Below are positions 1-10,554 of a stretch of DNA of 64,000 nt, one piece after another. Source of the stretch: Macrostomum lignano (lineage: Eukaryota). The notes beneath the pieces are model-generated. The model was not told the origin of the DNA and made no database searches. It worked only from the letters and a program-made list of their open reading frames with translations. A program made the position numbers and the translations under genes. Every line of letters begins with the position of its first letter. Position 1 is the stretch's first letter. The DNA is taken from assembly GCA_002269645.1 (NCBI GenBank), contig NIVC01000392.1:570850-634849 (forward strand), in the 5' to 3' direction.

Positions 1-3000
1 CGTGGTCCACGTGGACAACCTGGTTCGGGTAGCCGGACAGTTCTGGTTGCATAGGGGCCTTGAGCTTACGCTTTGACTTCTTAGTCTTAGCGCAAACGGT
101 GCATTCGGCCAGGACCCCCTTGACTATAGTATCTAAGTCGGAAATAACGAAGCGCGCCTTCAGGGCGGCCATCGTCTTGGTGATACCGCAATGGTTCAAC
201 TGGCCATGATACTGAAGGACTAGATGACTGACGTCTGCGGTCTCAGGTACCACCAGGCGTCTGTTGGCAGATTTGGCTTTGGAAGGTTTGGCTAAGTACA
301 ATAGACCCTCGACTACTTCAAGGTCATTGAATTGAGCCCAGAGTGAGCGTATTTCCCGGCTACAACCCTGCAGTTCAGCCTTGGACAATGGCTCAGCCTT
401 ACCCTGGACACTGGCGATTAAGCGCGCCAGGTCAACACAGGAGTCCTGGGCGTTCTGGGCCCAGATGAGCTCAGGTGGCACTTGGGATTCGGTTTCAGGT
501 TCACGGGATTCAGTCTCTGGGCTAGGGACAGCACCGCTAGCAGTAGCGCGGACATTCGGCGTTGGTTCAGCCGGGGCATCTGTGTCAGTCTGACACGCTA
601 CGCTAATGCCTATGGTCTGGACGCACACCTGTCGCAGTTCTCTAGAGGGGGGCGTACGCCGGTGCTTTGGGTCTTGGTCCAGGAATTTCCCCTTAAATTC
701 TGGAATCTGGCTGCACGTCGGGCAGTCAAAGTGATCGGCTCTGAATTTTGGCAGTCTGCTAAGAGCGTCAGCAGGCACGTGGTCAACGCCTGGACGGTAC
801 TGGACTGTGAAATCGTATTCGGCTATTCGTTCTAGAGTGGACTGCTGGACCTTCAGCGGGTACAGTTTAATGGTGGCAAGCCATTGGGCCAGCATACCAG
901 TGGCATGCTTCTTAGAATGCAGCCATTTGAGCGCGGCCGCGTCCACCCGGACAGTGAAAGGCTTGTCTAATAGATAAGGACGGAAATGCTCGAGCATCAG
1001 AACGAGCCCTAGCAACTCCCTCATGGTGGCGCAGTAGTTTCTCTGGCTACTGTTGAATTTTTTGGATGCGTAAGCTATAACTTGCTCTTGGCCATCTGGC
1101 CCGAGCTGGTACAGCACACCCCCGGTGCCGTCAAGCGAGCTATCGCAGTCCAAAATAAATTCGCGCCCCTTGGCAGAGAGGTCTGGATACGCCAGAATCG
1201 GTGGTGAACAGAGACTATGTTTGAGTTCTTGGAAAGCCCGTTCATGATGCGATTGCCATAGGAACGGAGCATCCTTTTTGGCTAAGGCATACAAAGGCGT
1301 GGCGATGATTGAGAATCGCGGCACAAATTTCCGGTAATAATTCGCAAATCCCAAGAATGATAGAAGCTGTTTCTTAGAAAGCGGTTTAGGCCAGTCTTGA
1401 ACAGCGTGAGTCTTCGCTGGGTCAGCCTCAATGCCCCGGCTAGACACAACGAACCCCAGGAATGCGACCTTGTCCTTAAACAGCTCACACTTAGACGGCT
1501 TAATTTTGAGACCGGCTTTTCTAAGCTGCCAGAGGACCAGCGCGAGATGCGCGATCATTTGGTCATTGTTGACAGCCTTAATGATAATGTCGTCTAAATA
1601 GATGAGGCTGACCTTCATCAGGAGAGGTCTAAACACCTTGTGCATCAGTTTCGCGAAATTGGCAGGTGCCGTCTTGATCCCGAATGGTACTACCTTCCAG
1701 CGGAAGGTGCCTTGGGGGCAGGCAAAGGCGGTGTAATCTCTAGCCTCCTCTTTGATCCCTACCTGCCAGTACGCGGAGGTCAGGTCAAGGCTAGAGAATA
1801 CAGTGGCCCCGGCAAGGCTGTCAAAAGATTCTTCTATGAGTGGCAGGGGGAAGCTACACGGCTTGATGAGCTTATTGACGGCCCTATAGTCTATGCAAAG
1901 GCGTTGAGTGCCGTCCTTCTTCTTGACTAGAACGATAGGGGACACCCAGTCGGAGTCACATTCCTCGATGACCCCTTGCTCGAGCATCTGCGCTATGTTC
2001 TGATCTAGGAATTCCTTTTGGGCTGGCGTAGTGCGCCTGTATGGTTGCGCAACAGGCTTGGCCTTGGGATCTATTAATTCTATGCCCATCTCGTGTAATG
2101 TGGTATGGCCTAAATCTGCGTTTGATCTAGAAATTTGGCTATTGAAGTAGTTGAGCAGTTTCAATACGGTGGCGAGTTGGCCCCTAGACAATTTGGCTTG
2201 GTCTAGTTGGAACTGCGTTGTCAGCCATTTGGCTAACTCCCTACTAGGCGGCGGCAGCTTACTGAGTTGGCTGGTGAGGTTAGCTACATTGTCCAGGCTA
2301 AAGTCAGACTCCTTCAGGGTCGTCTGAGCTATGACCTCATGACTATCTAATTCCTGGAATGAGGCAATTTCTTGCCCCCTAGTTATCTGAATAGGCTGTT
2401 CCCCACTGTTGAGCACGCGCACTAGTATGTGGTTAGTATCGCTAACTGAGTCTAGAGTCTTGGCTACCAACTGTTCGGTCTCTGGTCCGAGGATCCGGGA
2501 CATGACTATACCGGAGGTGTACGGCGAAGAGTCGAGGACACGACTGGGGATCAAGGTTTCCGAGTGCGGGGGCAATTCTACGGTGCCGGCGGCCATCACT
2601 CGTCGGAGTTGGAAAATCCCCTTGTCCCCCTCAATGACTGGTACCGACACCCCTGCTACTAAAGCTCGGCCAGAGTTGAAGTCTAGCAGCATCTCGAAGC
2701 TGCGCAGGAAATCCATGCCTAACAGGGCTTCCGTGGTACAGTAAGCAGTGACTAGGAATACATGTTGTTTAGTCGTATTACCTAAGTTGATTTCGCAGCG
2801 TAGCGACCCTAGGATGTCTACCTGAGAGCCGCCGAAGGCGGTGGCACGCTGCTTATTGGCACTAGGCGTGAATATGTTATTGACGGGGTCAGCTGCGACC
2901 AGTTTAGCTTTCACGTCAGCACCCATGATGCTGGCATTGGCGCCTGAGTCTAGACAGGCCAGAACCTTAGAGTCTCCTACTCCTAGCTGCACGAAATAGC

Positions 3001-4213
3001 TAGACTCAAAGGTGTCAGCTGTGTACCCCCCTTGTCGGCATTGTGGATCACTGTCCCCTGGCTGAGGTTGCACATTACAGGCCTTGTCGTGCTGGCGCCC
3101 GGGGTCGACCTGGCGCTGGAATTTCACCCTAGTCCCCCTAAGGCGGTGCTGCTCGACTAGGCTACGCAGGCTGGGAGACAGTTGGCTAATGTGAACGAAC
3201 AATTTCTCTGGCAGGTGCTCAGATTGGATGAACCCGTAATTCTGAGACCATGTGGCAATGGTTCCTAGTTCAGTCGTGACTTTTCCACGGCTGGGCTGCT
3301 GATTTTGGTTCCCCCGGGGCTGCTTTGGCGACTGTGGCCTCGGCGAGGGCGATGGACAGTCAGCGATCAGGTGATCGGTCTGGCCGCATCGGTGGCAAGC
3401 CCGCGGAGGGCGAGGAGCTGGCCTAGGTTGTCTATAGGTTTGGCTAACTTGTGGTGGGCCCCCAGTGGGCTCTGTGCGAGCGGGCCCCTGATTGGTAGTG
3501 ACAGGCGGAGTGGTCTGGCTTAATCTATTGGCTTGGTCGGTCACCATCTTCTCAAGCTCAGCGACCCTCTGTTCTAACGCTTTCTTCTCAGCGTCAGGTT
3601 CTATGGCACGAACCTTGGCTATAGTAGAAGGCACGTTCAGAAGCTGGCGGACCCCGACAAGATCTTTGGCCTTCTGCATCAGCTCTTCTGCAGAGGTGGC
3701 ACTGTCGGTTTCCTGATCCCATAAGAGGAGCTTTTCGGCGAGGTCCTTATCCCTCAGCCCATGGCAGAATCTGGCCTTGAGTAGGGGCTTCGCTTCAGCG
3801 AGCGAGAGACCCGCTAGTCTAGAATAGGAGACCAGTCTGTCGAAGAAATCAGACATCTGCTCATTATGAGATTGGGCGGCAGCAACTAATTCTACGTAGG
3901 CCTTGTCCTTCTTCTTGGCATCGGTGTACCTTTCCCTGAGCAGCCGAAGCGCAGATTCGAAAGGCAACTGGTCACACCGGTAATTAAGATATACCTCTTG
4001 GCATTCGGCTGACAGCAAAGATACGAGAATGGCGGACTTCTGGTCCTCAGGAACGCGGCAAGTGGCTAGATACGAAGTAAGCTGAGCTTCCCACGTATCA
4101 AAGTTCATCTTCGGCTGATAAGCGATTGGAGGGCGAAGGCGTATGTCTGGCTTCGCAGGCGGCGAGGAATTTGGCGCTGACGGCGAGGAAACGGCGAGAC
4201 GCTCTTCGAGCAT
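1..4213 (-). CDS. Gag-CCHC-CSD-PR-RT-RH-IN polyprotein, single reading frame, 3'-incomplete
   Basis: All motifs checked (4213, 3397, 3271, 2950, 1600) lie in the same frame. The frame is open from 4447; first ATG at 4213, true start probably lost. Its absence from the ORF track fits an ORF with no stop before the window edge. Not every codon was checked by hand. Confidence 0.85.
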   Translation of the reverse strand, partial: MLEERLAVSSPSAPNSSPPAKPDIRLRPPIAYQPKMNFDTWEAQLTSYLATCRVPEDQKSAILVSLLSAECQEVYLNYRCDQLPFESALRLLRERYTDAKKKDKAYVELVAAAQSHNEQMSDFFDRLVSYSRLAGLSLAEAKPLLKARFCHGLRDKDLAEKLLLWDQETDSATSAEELMQKAKDLVGVRQLLNVPSTIAKVRAIEPDAEKKALEQRVAELEKMVTDQANRLSQTTPPVTTNQGPARTEPTGGPPQVSQTYRQPRPAPRPPRACHRCGQTDHLIADCPSPSPRPQSPKQPRGNQNQQPSRGKVTTELGTIATWSQNYGFIQSEHLPEKLFVHISQLSPSLRSLVEQHRLRGTRVKFQRQVDPGRQHDKACNVQPQPGDSDPQCRQGGYTADTFESSYFVQLGVGDSKVLACLDSGANASIMGADVKAKLVAADPVNNIFTPSANKQRATAFGGSQVDILGSLRCEINLGNTTKQHVFLVTAYCTTEALLGMDFLRSFEMLLDFNSGRALVAGVSVPVIEGDKGIFQLRRVMAAGTVELPPHSETLIPSRVLDSSPYTSGIVMSRILGPETEQLVAKTLDSVSDTNHILVRVLNSGEQPIQITRGQEIASFQELDSHEVIAQTTLKESDFSLDNVANLTSQLSKLPPPSRELAKWLTTQFQLDQAKLSRGQLATVLKLLNYFNSQISRSNADLGHTTLHEMGIELIDPKAKPVAQPYRRTTPAQKEFLDQNIAQMLEQGVIEECDSDWVSPIVLVKKKDGTQRLCIDYRAVNKLIKPCSFPLPLIEESFDSLAGATVFSSLDLTSAYWQVGIKEEARDYTAFACPQGTFRWKVVPFGIKTAPANFAKLMHKVFRPLLMKVSLIYLDDIIIKAVNNDQMIAHLALVLWQLRKAGLKIKPSKCELFKDKVAFLGFVVSSRGIEADPAKTHAVQDWPKPLSKKQLLSFLGFANYYRKFVPRFSIIATPLYALAKKDAPFLWQSHHERAFQELKHSLCSPPILAYPDLSAKGREFILDCDSSLDGTGGVLYQLGPDGQEQVIAYASKKFNSSQRNYCATMRELLGLVLMLEHFRPYLLDKPFTVRVDAAALKWLHSKKHATGMLAQWLATIKLYPLKVQQSTLERIAEYDFTVQYRPGVDHVPADALSRLPKFRADHFDCPTCSQIPEFKGKFLDQDPKHRRTPPSRELRQVCVQTIGISVACQTDTDAPAEPTPNVRATASGAVPSPETESREPETESQVPPELIWAQNAQDSCVDLARLIASVQGKAEPLSKAELQGCSREIRSLWAQFNDLEVVEGLLYLAKPSKAKSANRRLVVPETADVSHLVLQYHGQLNHCGITKTMAALKARFVISDLDTIVKGVLAECTVCAKTKKSKRKLKAPMQPELSGYPNQVVHVDH
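3071..3271 (-). other. Cold-shock domain (CSD, OB-fold) inside the gypsy polyprotein
   Basis: ELGTIATWSQNYGFIQSEHLPEKLFVHISQLSPSLRSLVEQHRLRGTRVKFQRQVDPGRQHDKACNV: G-x4-W, RNP1-like NYGFI, RNP2-like LFVH, GxxVxF and terminal AxNV match the CSD consensus. Confidence 0.8.
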
Positions 4214-4388
4214 CCGGTGAAGAGAGGCTAAGGTTTGAGTCAACAAGAGTTGCTCACTAGGAGCTGGCGCGGCGGCAGCAGCTGCACCTGCTGGCTGCTC
4301 ACCGGCATCGACTGCGTCCTGATCTGGCACGACGGCATCTCCGTCAGCCAATGACGCTGCAGCGTGGTTGCATCCAGTTGCATCCAGT

Positions 4389-7110
4389 AAGCATCCCCCA
4401 GATAGCAAGTATCCACCAGACAATAAGTAGCTAGTGCGACAATTTTCTTAGCATTTTATTGGCTGCTTTAAAATTCGCTTACTTTTACGTTTGAAATGGT
4501 GTATCTTTTATGTTTGATACGGTGGCTTTTCAATGTCTGACATGGTGGCTGTTCTATGTTTGACGTTGTGGCTCTTCTATGTTTGACATTGTGGCTCTTC
4601 TACGAGCTATGTTTGACAAAGTGGCTTTTTAATGTTTGACATGGTGGCTCTTAAATATTAGACATGGTGGCTTTTTATGTTCGACATGGTGGCTCTTTTT
4701 TGTTTAACATGGTGGCTCTTTAATATTCTACATGGTGGCTCTTTAATGTTCGACATGGTGGCTCTTTAATGTTCGACATGGTGGCTCTTTAATGTTCGAA
4801 ATGGTGGCTCTTTTATGTTTGACAAAAAGTCACATATATGTTTGACCTGGTGGCTCCTAAATGTTTGACATGGTGGCTCTTAAATGTTTACCATGGTGGC
4901 TCTTTAATGTTCTTTATGGTGGCTCTTTAATATTCTAAATGGTGGCTCTTTAATGTTCTACATGGTGGCTCCTTAATGTTCGACATGGTGGCTCTTTTAT
5001 GTTCGACATGGTGGCTCTTTTTTTGTTCTACATGGTAACTCTTTTATGTTTGATACGGTGGCTTTTTAATATCTGACATGGTGGCTCTTTTATGTTTGAC
5101 ATGGTGGCTCTTCTATGTTTGACATGGTGGCTCTTTATTTTTTGACATGGTGGCTCTTTAATGTTTTACATAGTGGCTCTTTTATGTTTGACATGGTGGC
5201 TCCTAAATGTTTGACATGGTGGCTCTTTTATGTTTGACATAGTGGCTCTTTAATGTACGACATAATGGCTCTTTAATGTTTGACAATGTGGTTCTTTAAT
5301 GTTTTACATGGTCGCTCTTTTATGTTCGACATGGTGGCTCTTTTATGTTCGACATGGTGGCTCTTCAATGTTTTACATGGTGGCTTTTTTATGCTTGACA
5401 TGGTGGTTCTTTAATGTTTGACATGGTGGCTCTTTTTTGCTTAACATGGTGGCACTTTTATGTTTGACATGGTGGCTCTTTAATGTTTAACATGGTGGCT
5501 CTTTAATGTTAGACATGGTGGCTCTTTAATTTTTGACATGGTGGCTCTTTAATGTTCGACATGGTGGCTCTTTAATGTTTGACATAAAGTCACATATATG
5601 TTTGACATGGTGGCTCCTAAATTTTTGACATGGTGGCTCTTTATGATTGACATGGTGGCTCTTTATGTTCGACACGGTGGCTCTTTAATGTTTGACATGG
5701 TATAGCTCTTTTATGTTAGACATGGTGGCTCTTTAATGTTGACCTGGTGGCACTTTACTGTCTGCAATGATGGCTCTTTAATGTTTGACTTGATGGCTCT
5801 TTAATGTCTGACATGGAGTCACGTATATGTTGGACATGGTGGCTCTTTAATGTTCGACATGGTGGCTCTTCAATGTTTTACATGGTGGCTCTTTTATGCT
5901 TGACATGGTTGCTTTTTAATGTTCGACATGGTGGCTCTTTTATGTTTGACATGGTGGCTTTTTTATGCTTGACATTGTGGCTCTTTAATGTTTGACATGG
6001 TGGCTCTTTTTTGCTTAACATGGTGGCACTTTTATGTTCGACATGGTGGCTTTTTTATGTTGGCATGGTGGCTCTTTGATGTTCGACATGGTGCATGGCT
6101 CTTTTATGTTTGGCATGGTGGCTCTTTTTTGCTTAACACGGTGGCTCTTTATTGTTTGATATGGTGGCTCTGCAATGTTCGACATGGAGTTACGTATATG
6201 TTTGACATGGTGGCTCTTTTATGCTGACATGGTGGCTCTTTAATGTTCGACATGGTGGCTCTTTTATGTTGGCATGGTGGCTCTTTAATGTTCGACATGG
6301 TGGCTCTTTTATGTTTGGCATGGTGGCTCTTTTATATTCGACATGGTGGCTCTTTAATGTTTAACATGGTGGATCTTTTATGTTTGACAAGGTGGCTCTT
6401 TTATGTTTGACATGGTGGCTCTTTAATGTTCGACATGGTGGCTCTTCTATGTTTGACATGGTAACTCTTTTATGTTCGTTGTGTTGGCTCTTCTATGTTT
6501 GACATTGCGCTTCTTTGATGTTTAGCAGTTTTGTTGTGTTTTTAAGGTGTTTTGATAAAAAAAATCTTTTTGCACTACTAAGATTCGAACCCAGGTCGCT
6601 ACATTAGCAGTCCAGTCTGTTCGCATCAGGGCTATCTCTTTTCAATTGGAAAACATGAATTGTGGCCTTTATAATTCAATTCTTACAGCAAGTCAATTGG
6701 AGTAAAAAGTTATGACATAATAAATTTCTCAGTCAGCCAGTATCAGTCTCAATTTAAGTTAGCAATATGGTTACGCAATTTCAATCAAGTCGTGTGTGCA
6801 TTTCTTCGGCACTGTTTTCAACTTGTTGTGATGCAATCTTTATCACAATCGGAATTCAGTCAGTCAGTTTTTTTCTCTAGCATTCTTACAATGCATTTCA
6901 AGTCGAAAAGTTTGCTTGACCTTTGCAAAAAAGCATGTTTTTCGAATATTTAATCCCTTTAACATTGAGCAATTTCTTAGCCAAGATGCATGTACCGTCC
7001 CAGGAAAATTTCTGATCAAATGGTGCAAGTTTGAAGAAAATCGGTTAAGCCATTTTTTCTGAAATCAATCGCATACCCATATACAGACAACTCATTTTTA
7101 GTATATAGGA
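4389..7110 (-). mobile_element. Non-autonomous Helitron copy B, 3' terminator missing
   Basis: Begins 5'-TCCTATATACTAAAAATG at 7110 on the minus strand. About 600 bp of unique sequence (6505-7110) is homologous to 12085-12765. Carries the same 23-bp array and ends inside the 18-bp repeat at the gypsy junction. Confidence 0.65.
4510..6505. repeat. About 23-bp satellite array (GACATGGTGGCTCTTTAATGTTY)n
   Basis: Tandem degenerate copies read directly. Confidence 0.95.
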
Positions 7111-7249
7111 CTAGCAATCTTCGCCCCCCGTTGGGGGACATCTGTATAGAACCTCTGTTCTCTACAAGTAACAAAAAGATAGCCAAAAAAGGCCTTCACA
7201 AAAAAAAACAGACAAAATACTCAAAGGAAGCAAAAAGAAATCATCCCAA

Positions 7250-7680
7250 GACAGCAAGCATCCCCCAGATAGCAAGCATCTTCCAGATTACAAGCAACCC
7301 CCAGATAGCAAGCATCCCCCAGATAGCAAGCATCCCCCAGATAGCAAGCATCCCCCAGATAGCAAGCATCCGCCAGATAGCAAGCATCTTCCAGATAGCA
7401 AGCATCCGCCAGATAGCAAGCATCTTCCAGATTACAAGCAACCCCCAGATAGCAAGCATCCCCCAGATAGCAAGCATCCCCCAGATAGCAAGCATCCCCC
7501 AGATAGCAAGCATCCCCCAGATAGCAAGCATCCGCCAGATAGCAGGCATCTTCCAGATTACAAGCAACCCCCAGATAGCAAGCATCCCCCAGATAGCAAG
7601 CATCCCCCAGATAGCAAGCATCCGCCAGATAGCAAGCATCCCCTACATAGATAGCATCCCCAAATAGCAAGCATCCACCA
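7250..7680. repeat. 18-bp minisatellite (GCATCCCCCAGATAGCAA)n
   Basis: Read directly; explains the repetitive ORFs 7131-7685. Confidence 0.95.
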
Positions 7681-8813
7681 GACAATAAGTAGCTAGTGCG
7701 ATAATTTCCTTAGCATTATAGTGGCTCCTTTAAAATTCGCTTACTTTTATGTTTGAAATTTTGTAAATTTTATGTTTGACATGGTGGCTGTTTTAAGTTC
7801 TACATGGCAACTGTTTTATGTTTGAAACGATGGCTTTTTAATGTCAGACATGGTGGCTCTTTTATGTTTGACATGGTGCCTCTTTATTGTTTGACATGGT
7901 GGCTCTTTAATGTTTAACCTGGTGGCTCTTTTATGTTTGAAACAGTGGCTCTTTTATGTTTGACACAGTGACTCTTTAATGTTCGACAAAGTGGCTATTT
8001 AATGTTTGACAAGGTGGCTTTTAAATGTTTGACATGGTGGCTCCTTAATGTTCGAGAAAGTGGCTCTTTAATGTTTTTCATGGTATAGCTCTTTTATGTT
8101 CGACATGGTGGCTCTTTTAGGTTTGACATGGTGGCTCTTTTAGGTTTGACATGGTGGCTCTTTTAGGTTTGACATGGTGGCTCTTAAATGTTTGACATGG
8201 TGGCTCTTAAATGTTTGACATGGTGGCTCTTTAATGTTCGAGATAGTGGCTCTTTAATTTTTTTCATGGTATAGCTCTTTTATGTTCGACATGGTGGCTC
8301 TTTTAGGTTTGACATGGTGGCTCTTTTATGTTCGACATGGTGGCTCTTTTAGGTTTGACATGGTGGCTCTTTTAGGTTTGACATGGTGGCTCTTAAATGT
8401 TTGACATGGTGGCTCTTAAATGTTTGACATGGTGACTCTTTAATGTTTCAAATGGTGGCTCTTTAATGTTTTACGTGGTGGCTCTTAAATGTTTGACATG
8501 GTGGCTCTTAAATGTTTGACATAGTAGCTCTTTAATATTCTACATTGTGGCTCTTAAGTGTTCGAAATTGTGGATCTTTTAGGTTTGACATGATGGCTGT
8601 TTAATGTTCAACATAGTGGCTCTTTTATGTTTAACATGGTGGCTCTTAAATGTTTGACATGGTGGCTCTTTAATGTTCGAAATGGTGGCTCTTTTGTTTT
8701 ACATGGTGGCTCTTTAATGTTTGACATGGTGGCTCTTTAATGTTTGACATAAAGTCACTTATATGTTCGAAATGGTGGCTCTTTTAGGTTTGACATGGTG
8801 GCTCTTTTAGGTT

Positions 8814-10554
8814 TGTAGAAAAAATACTAACTAAACTAAAAACTATTTAATTGGAGTTAAATTGAAGGAGCAGTAAGTGGGCGCAGGGCCCAAACCGATA
8901 TATTTATAGAACATTTAACTTTGGGGGGTTGAGCCTAGAATAATAAAGAGAGGGGGTGGAGTGCGCGACTGAAGAGAGAGGCGAGAATGGAGAGCCAATC
9001 AGAAGGCAGCAAGGGAGAGAGAGATAAGAATAACAAGATTGAGCTGGACAGAGAAGAGAGAAAACAGAGTAAACAGAGACAAGTGAAGGTGAACTAAAGA
9101 AATGACTAGGAAAGTCGCGACACTCCCCCCAAAAAAATGGAACATTTTTTGAATTTTCGAGTACCATTACCAATTGAAATTAATGAGTTAGAATTAGGTC
9201 GAATTAAATTGAAAAACACATTCACAATAAATGGTGTATAAAACGATTTGAAAAATACATAATGACTAAGAATTTGAATACAAAAACAGTAGAGCGAATG
9301 CAAAATATTTAGACCGAATTTTAAACTTAGATTTTTATTGAGTAGTTTTTGAACCAATGAGAAGACTGAAAAGACTGAATAGAGATGAGACTGGATAGAC
9401 TAAATATATCCGCCCTCCCCCCTAAAAATTAATTTAATTTTTTAAATTGTGACTACATGGTGAAAGAAAAAATTGAATGACGAATTAACGAGGCGATCTG
9501 GCAGGCGATGAGCGAAGAGACGATCCGGCAGGCGAGCCCCGAGGCGCCCCGGCCGAGAATTTGAACCGAGAGAGACCGAGGACACCGCAGGACGCACCCC
9601 CGGCAGACGATGAGCGAAGAGACGATCCGGCAGGCGAGCCCCGAGGCGCCCCGGCCGAGAATTTGAACCGAGAGAGACCGAGGACACCGCAGGACGCACC
9701 CCCGGCAGACGATGAGCGAAGAGACGATCCGGCAGGCGAGCGAAGAGACGATCCGGCAGGCGAGCCCCGCGGCGCCCCGGCAGAGAATCTGAACCGAGAG
9801 AGACCGAGGACACCGCAGGACGCACCCCCGGCAGACGATGAGCGAAGAGACGATCCGGCAGGCGAGCCCTGAGGTGCCCCGGCCGAGAATTTGAGACCGA
9901 GAGAGACCGAGGACACCGCAGGACGCACCCCCGGCAGACGATGAGCGAAGAGACGATCCGGCAGGCGAGCCCTGAGGTGCCCCGGCCGAGAATTTGAGAC
10001 CGAGAGAGACCGAGGACACCGCAGGACGCACCCCCGGCAGACGAAGCGATGAGGCCGACAGACGAAGCGATGAGGCCGACAGACGAAGCGATGAGGCCGA
10101 CAGACGAAGCGATGAGGCCGACAAACGAAGCGATGAGGCCGACAGACGGGATGACGAGATGACTGGTGGAGGGTTACGACTATGACGATGGCATGGCCTT
10201 TGCCAGCCTTACTGAATTGACTTAATTATTTTTCATTGGGCGCCATGTAGAAAAAATACTAACTAAACTAAAAACTATTTAATTGGAGTTAAATTGAAGG
10301 AGCAGTAAGTGGGCGCAGGGCCCAAACCGATATATTTATAGAACATTTAACTTTGGGGGGTTGAGCCTAGAATAATAAAGAGAGGGGGTGGAGTGCGCGA
10401 CTGAAGAGAGAGGCGAGAATGGAGAGCCAATCAGAAGGCAGCAAGGGAGAGAGAGATAAGAATAACAAGATTGAGCTGGACAGAGAAGAGAGAAAACAGA
10501 GTAAACAGAGACAAGTGAAGGTGAACTAAAGAAATGACTAGGAAAGTCGCGACA
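8814..10554 (-). mobile_element. Non-autonomous LTR retrotransposon (TRIM/LARD-like), 1.74 kb
   Basis: Two 309-bp TG...CA direct repeats (8814-9122, 10246-10554) that look identical. 5-bp TSD AGGTT (8809-8813, 10555-10559). PBS TGGCGCCCAA (10236-10245, minus) and PPT GGGGGGAG (9123-9130, minus). No gag/pol motifs. Confidence 0.92.
9490..10150. repeat. GC-rich about 105-bp and 21-bp tandem repeats inside the LTR element
   Basis: Repeated GAGACCGAGGACACCGCAGGACGCACCCCCGGCAGACGATGAGCG blocks and CAGACGAAGCGATGAGGCCGA units. Confidence 0.9.

Larger units (their letters stand above)
1..4388 (-). mobile_element. Ty3/gypsy LTR retrotransposon, internal region; no 5' LTR or PBS at the 4388 junction; 3' part beyond window start
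   Basis: Minus-strand translation gives gag (WEAQLTSYLATCRVPEDQK...QSHNEQMSDFFDRL), CCHC knuckle, aspartic protease LDSGA (D at 2950), RT YLDD (1589-1600) and FLGFANYYRKF, RNase H (ILDCDSS...RELLGLV...VDAAAL), integrase zinc finger (HGQLNH...CTVC, about 100-210). Order RT-RH-IN is gypsy-type. Confidence 0.95.

Noticed and set aside
381-3716. Plus-strand ORFs over the retrotransposon
   Set aside because: Antisense shadows of the gag-pol frame.
7131-7685. Repetitive ORFs (IASIPQ, DACYLG)
   Set aside because: Translations of the 18-bp minisatellite inside a Helitron; open in several frames on both strands.
9442-10185. Several 60-220 aa ORFs inside the LTR element
   Set aside because: Products of GC-rich tandem repeats; no gag or pol motif. 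An antisense ORF cannot be excluded but has no support.
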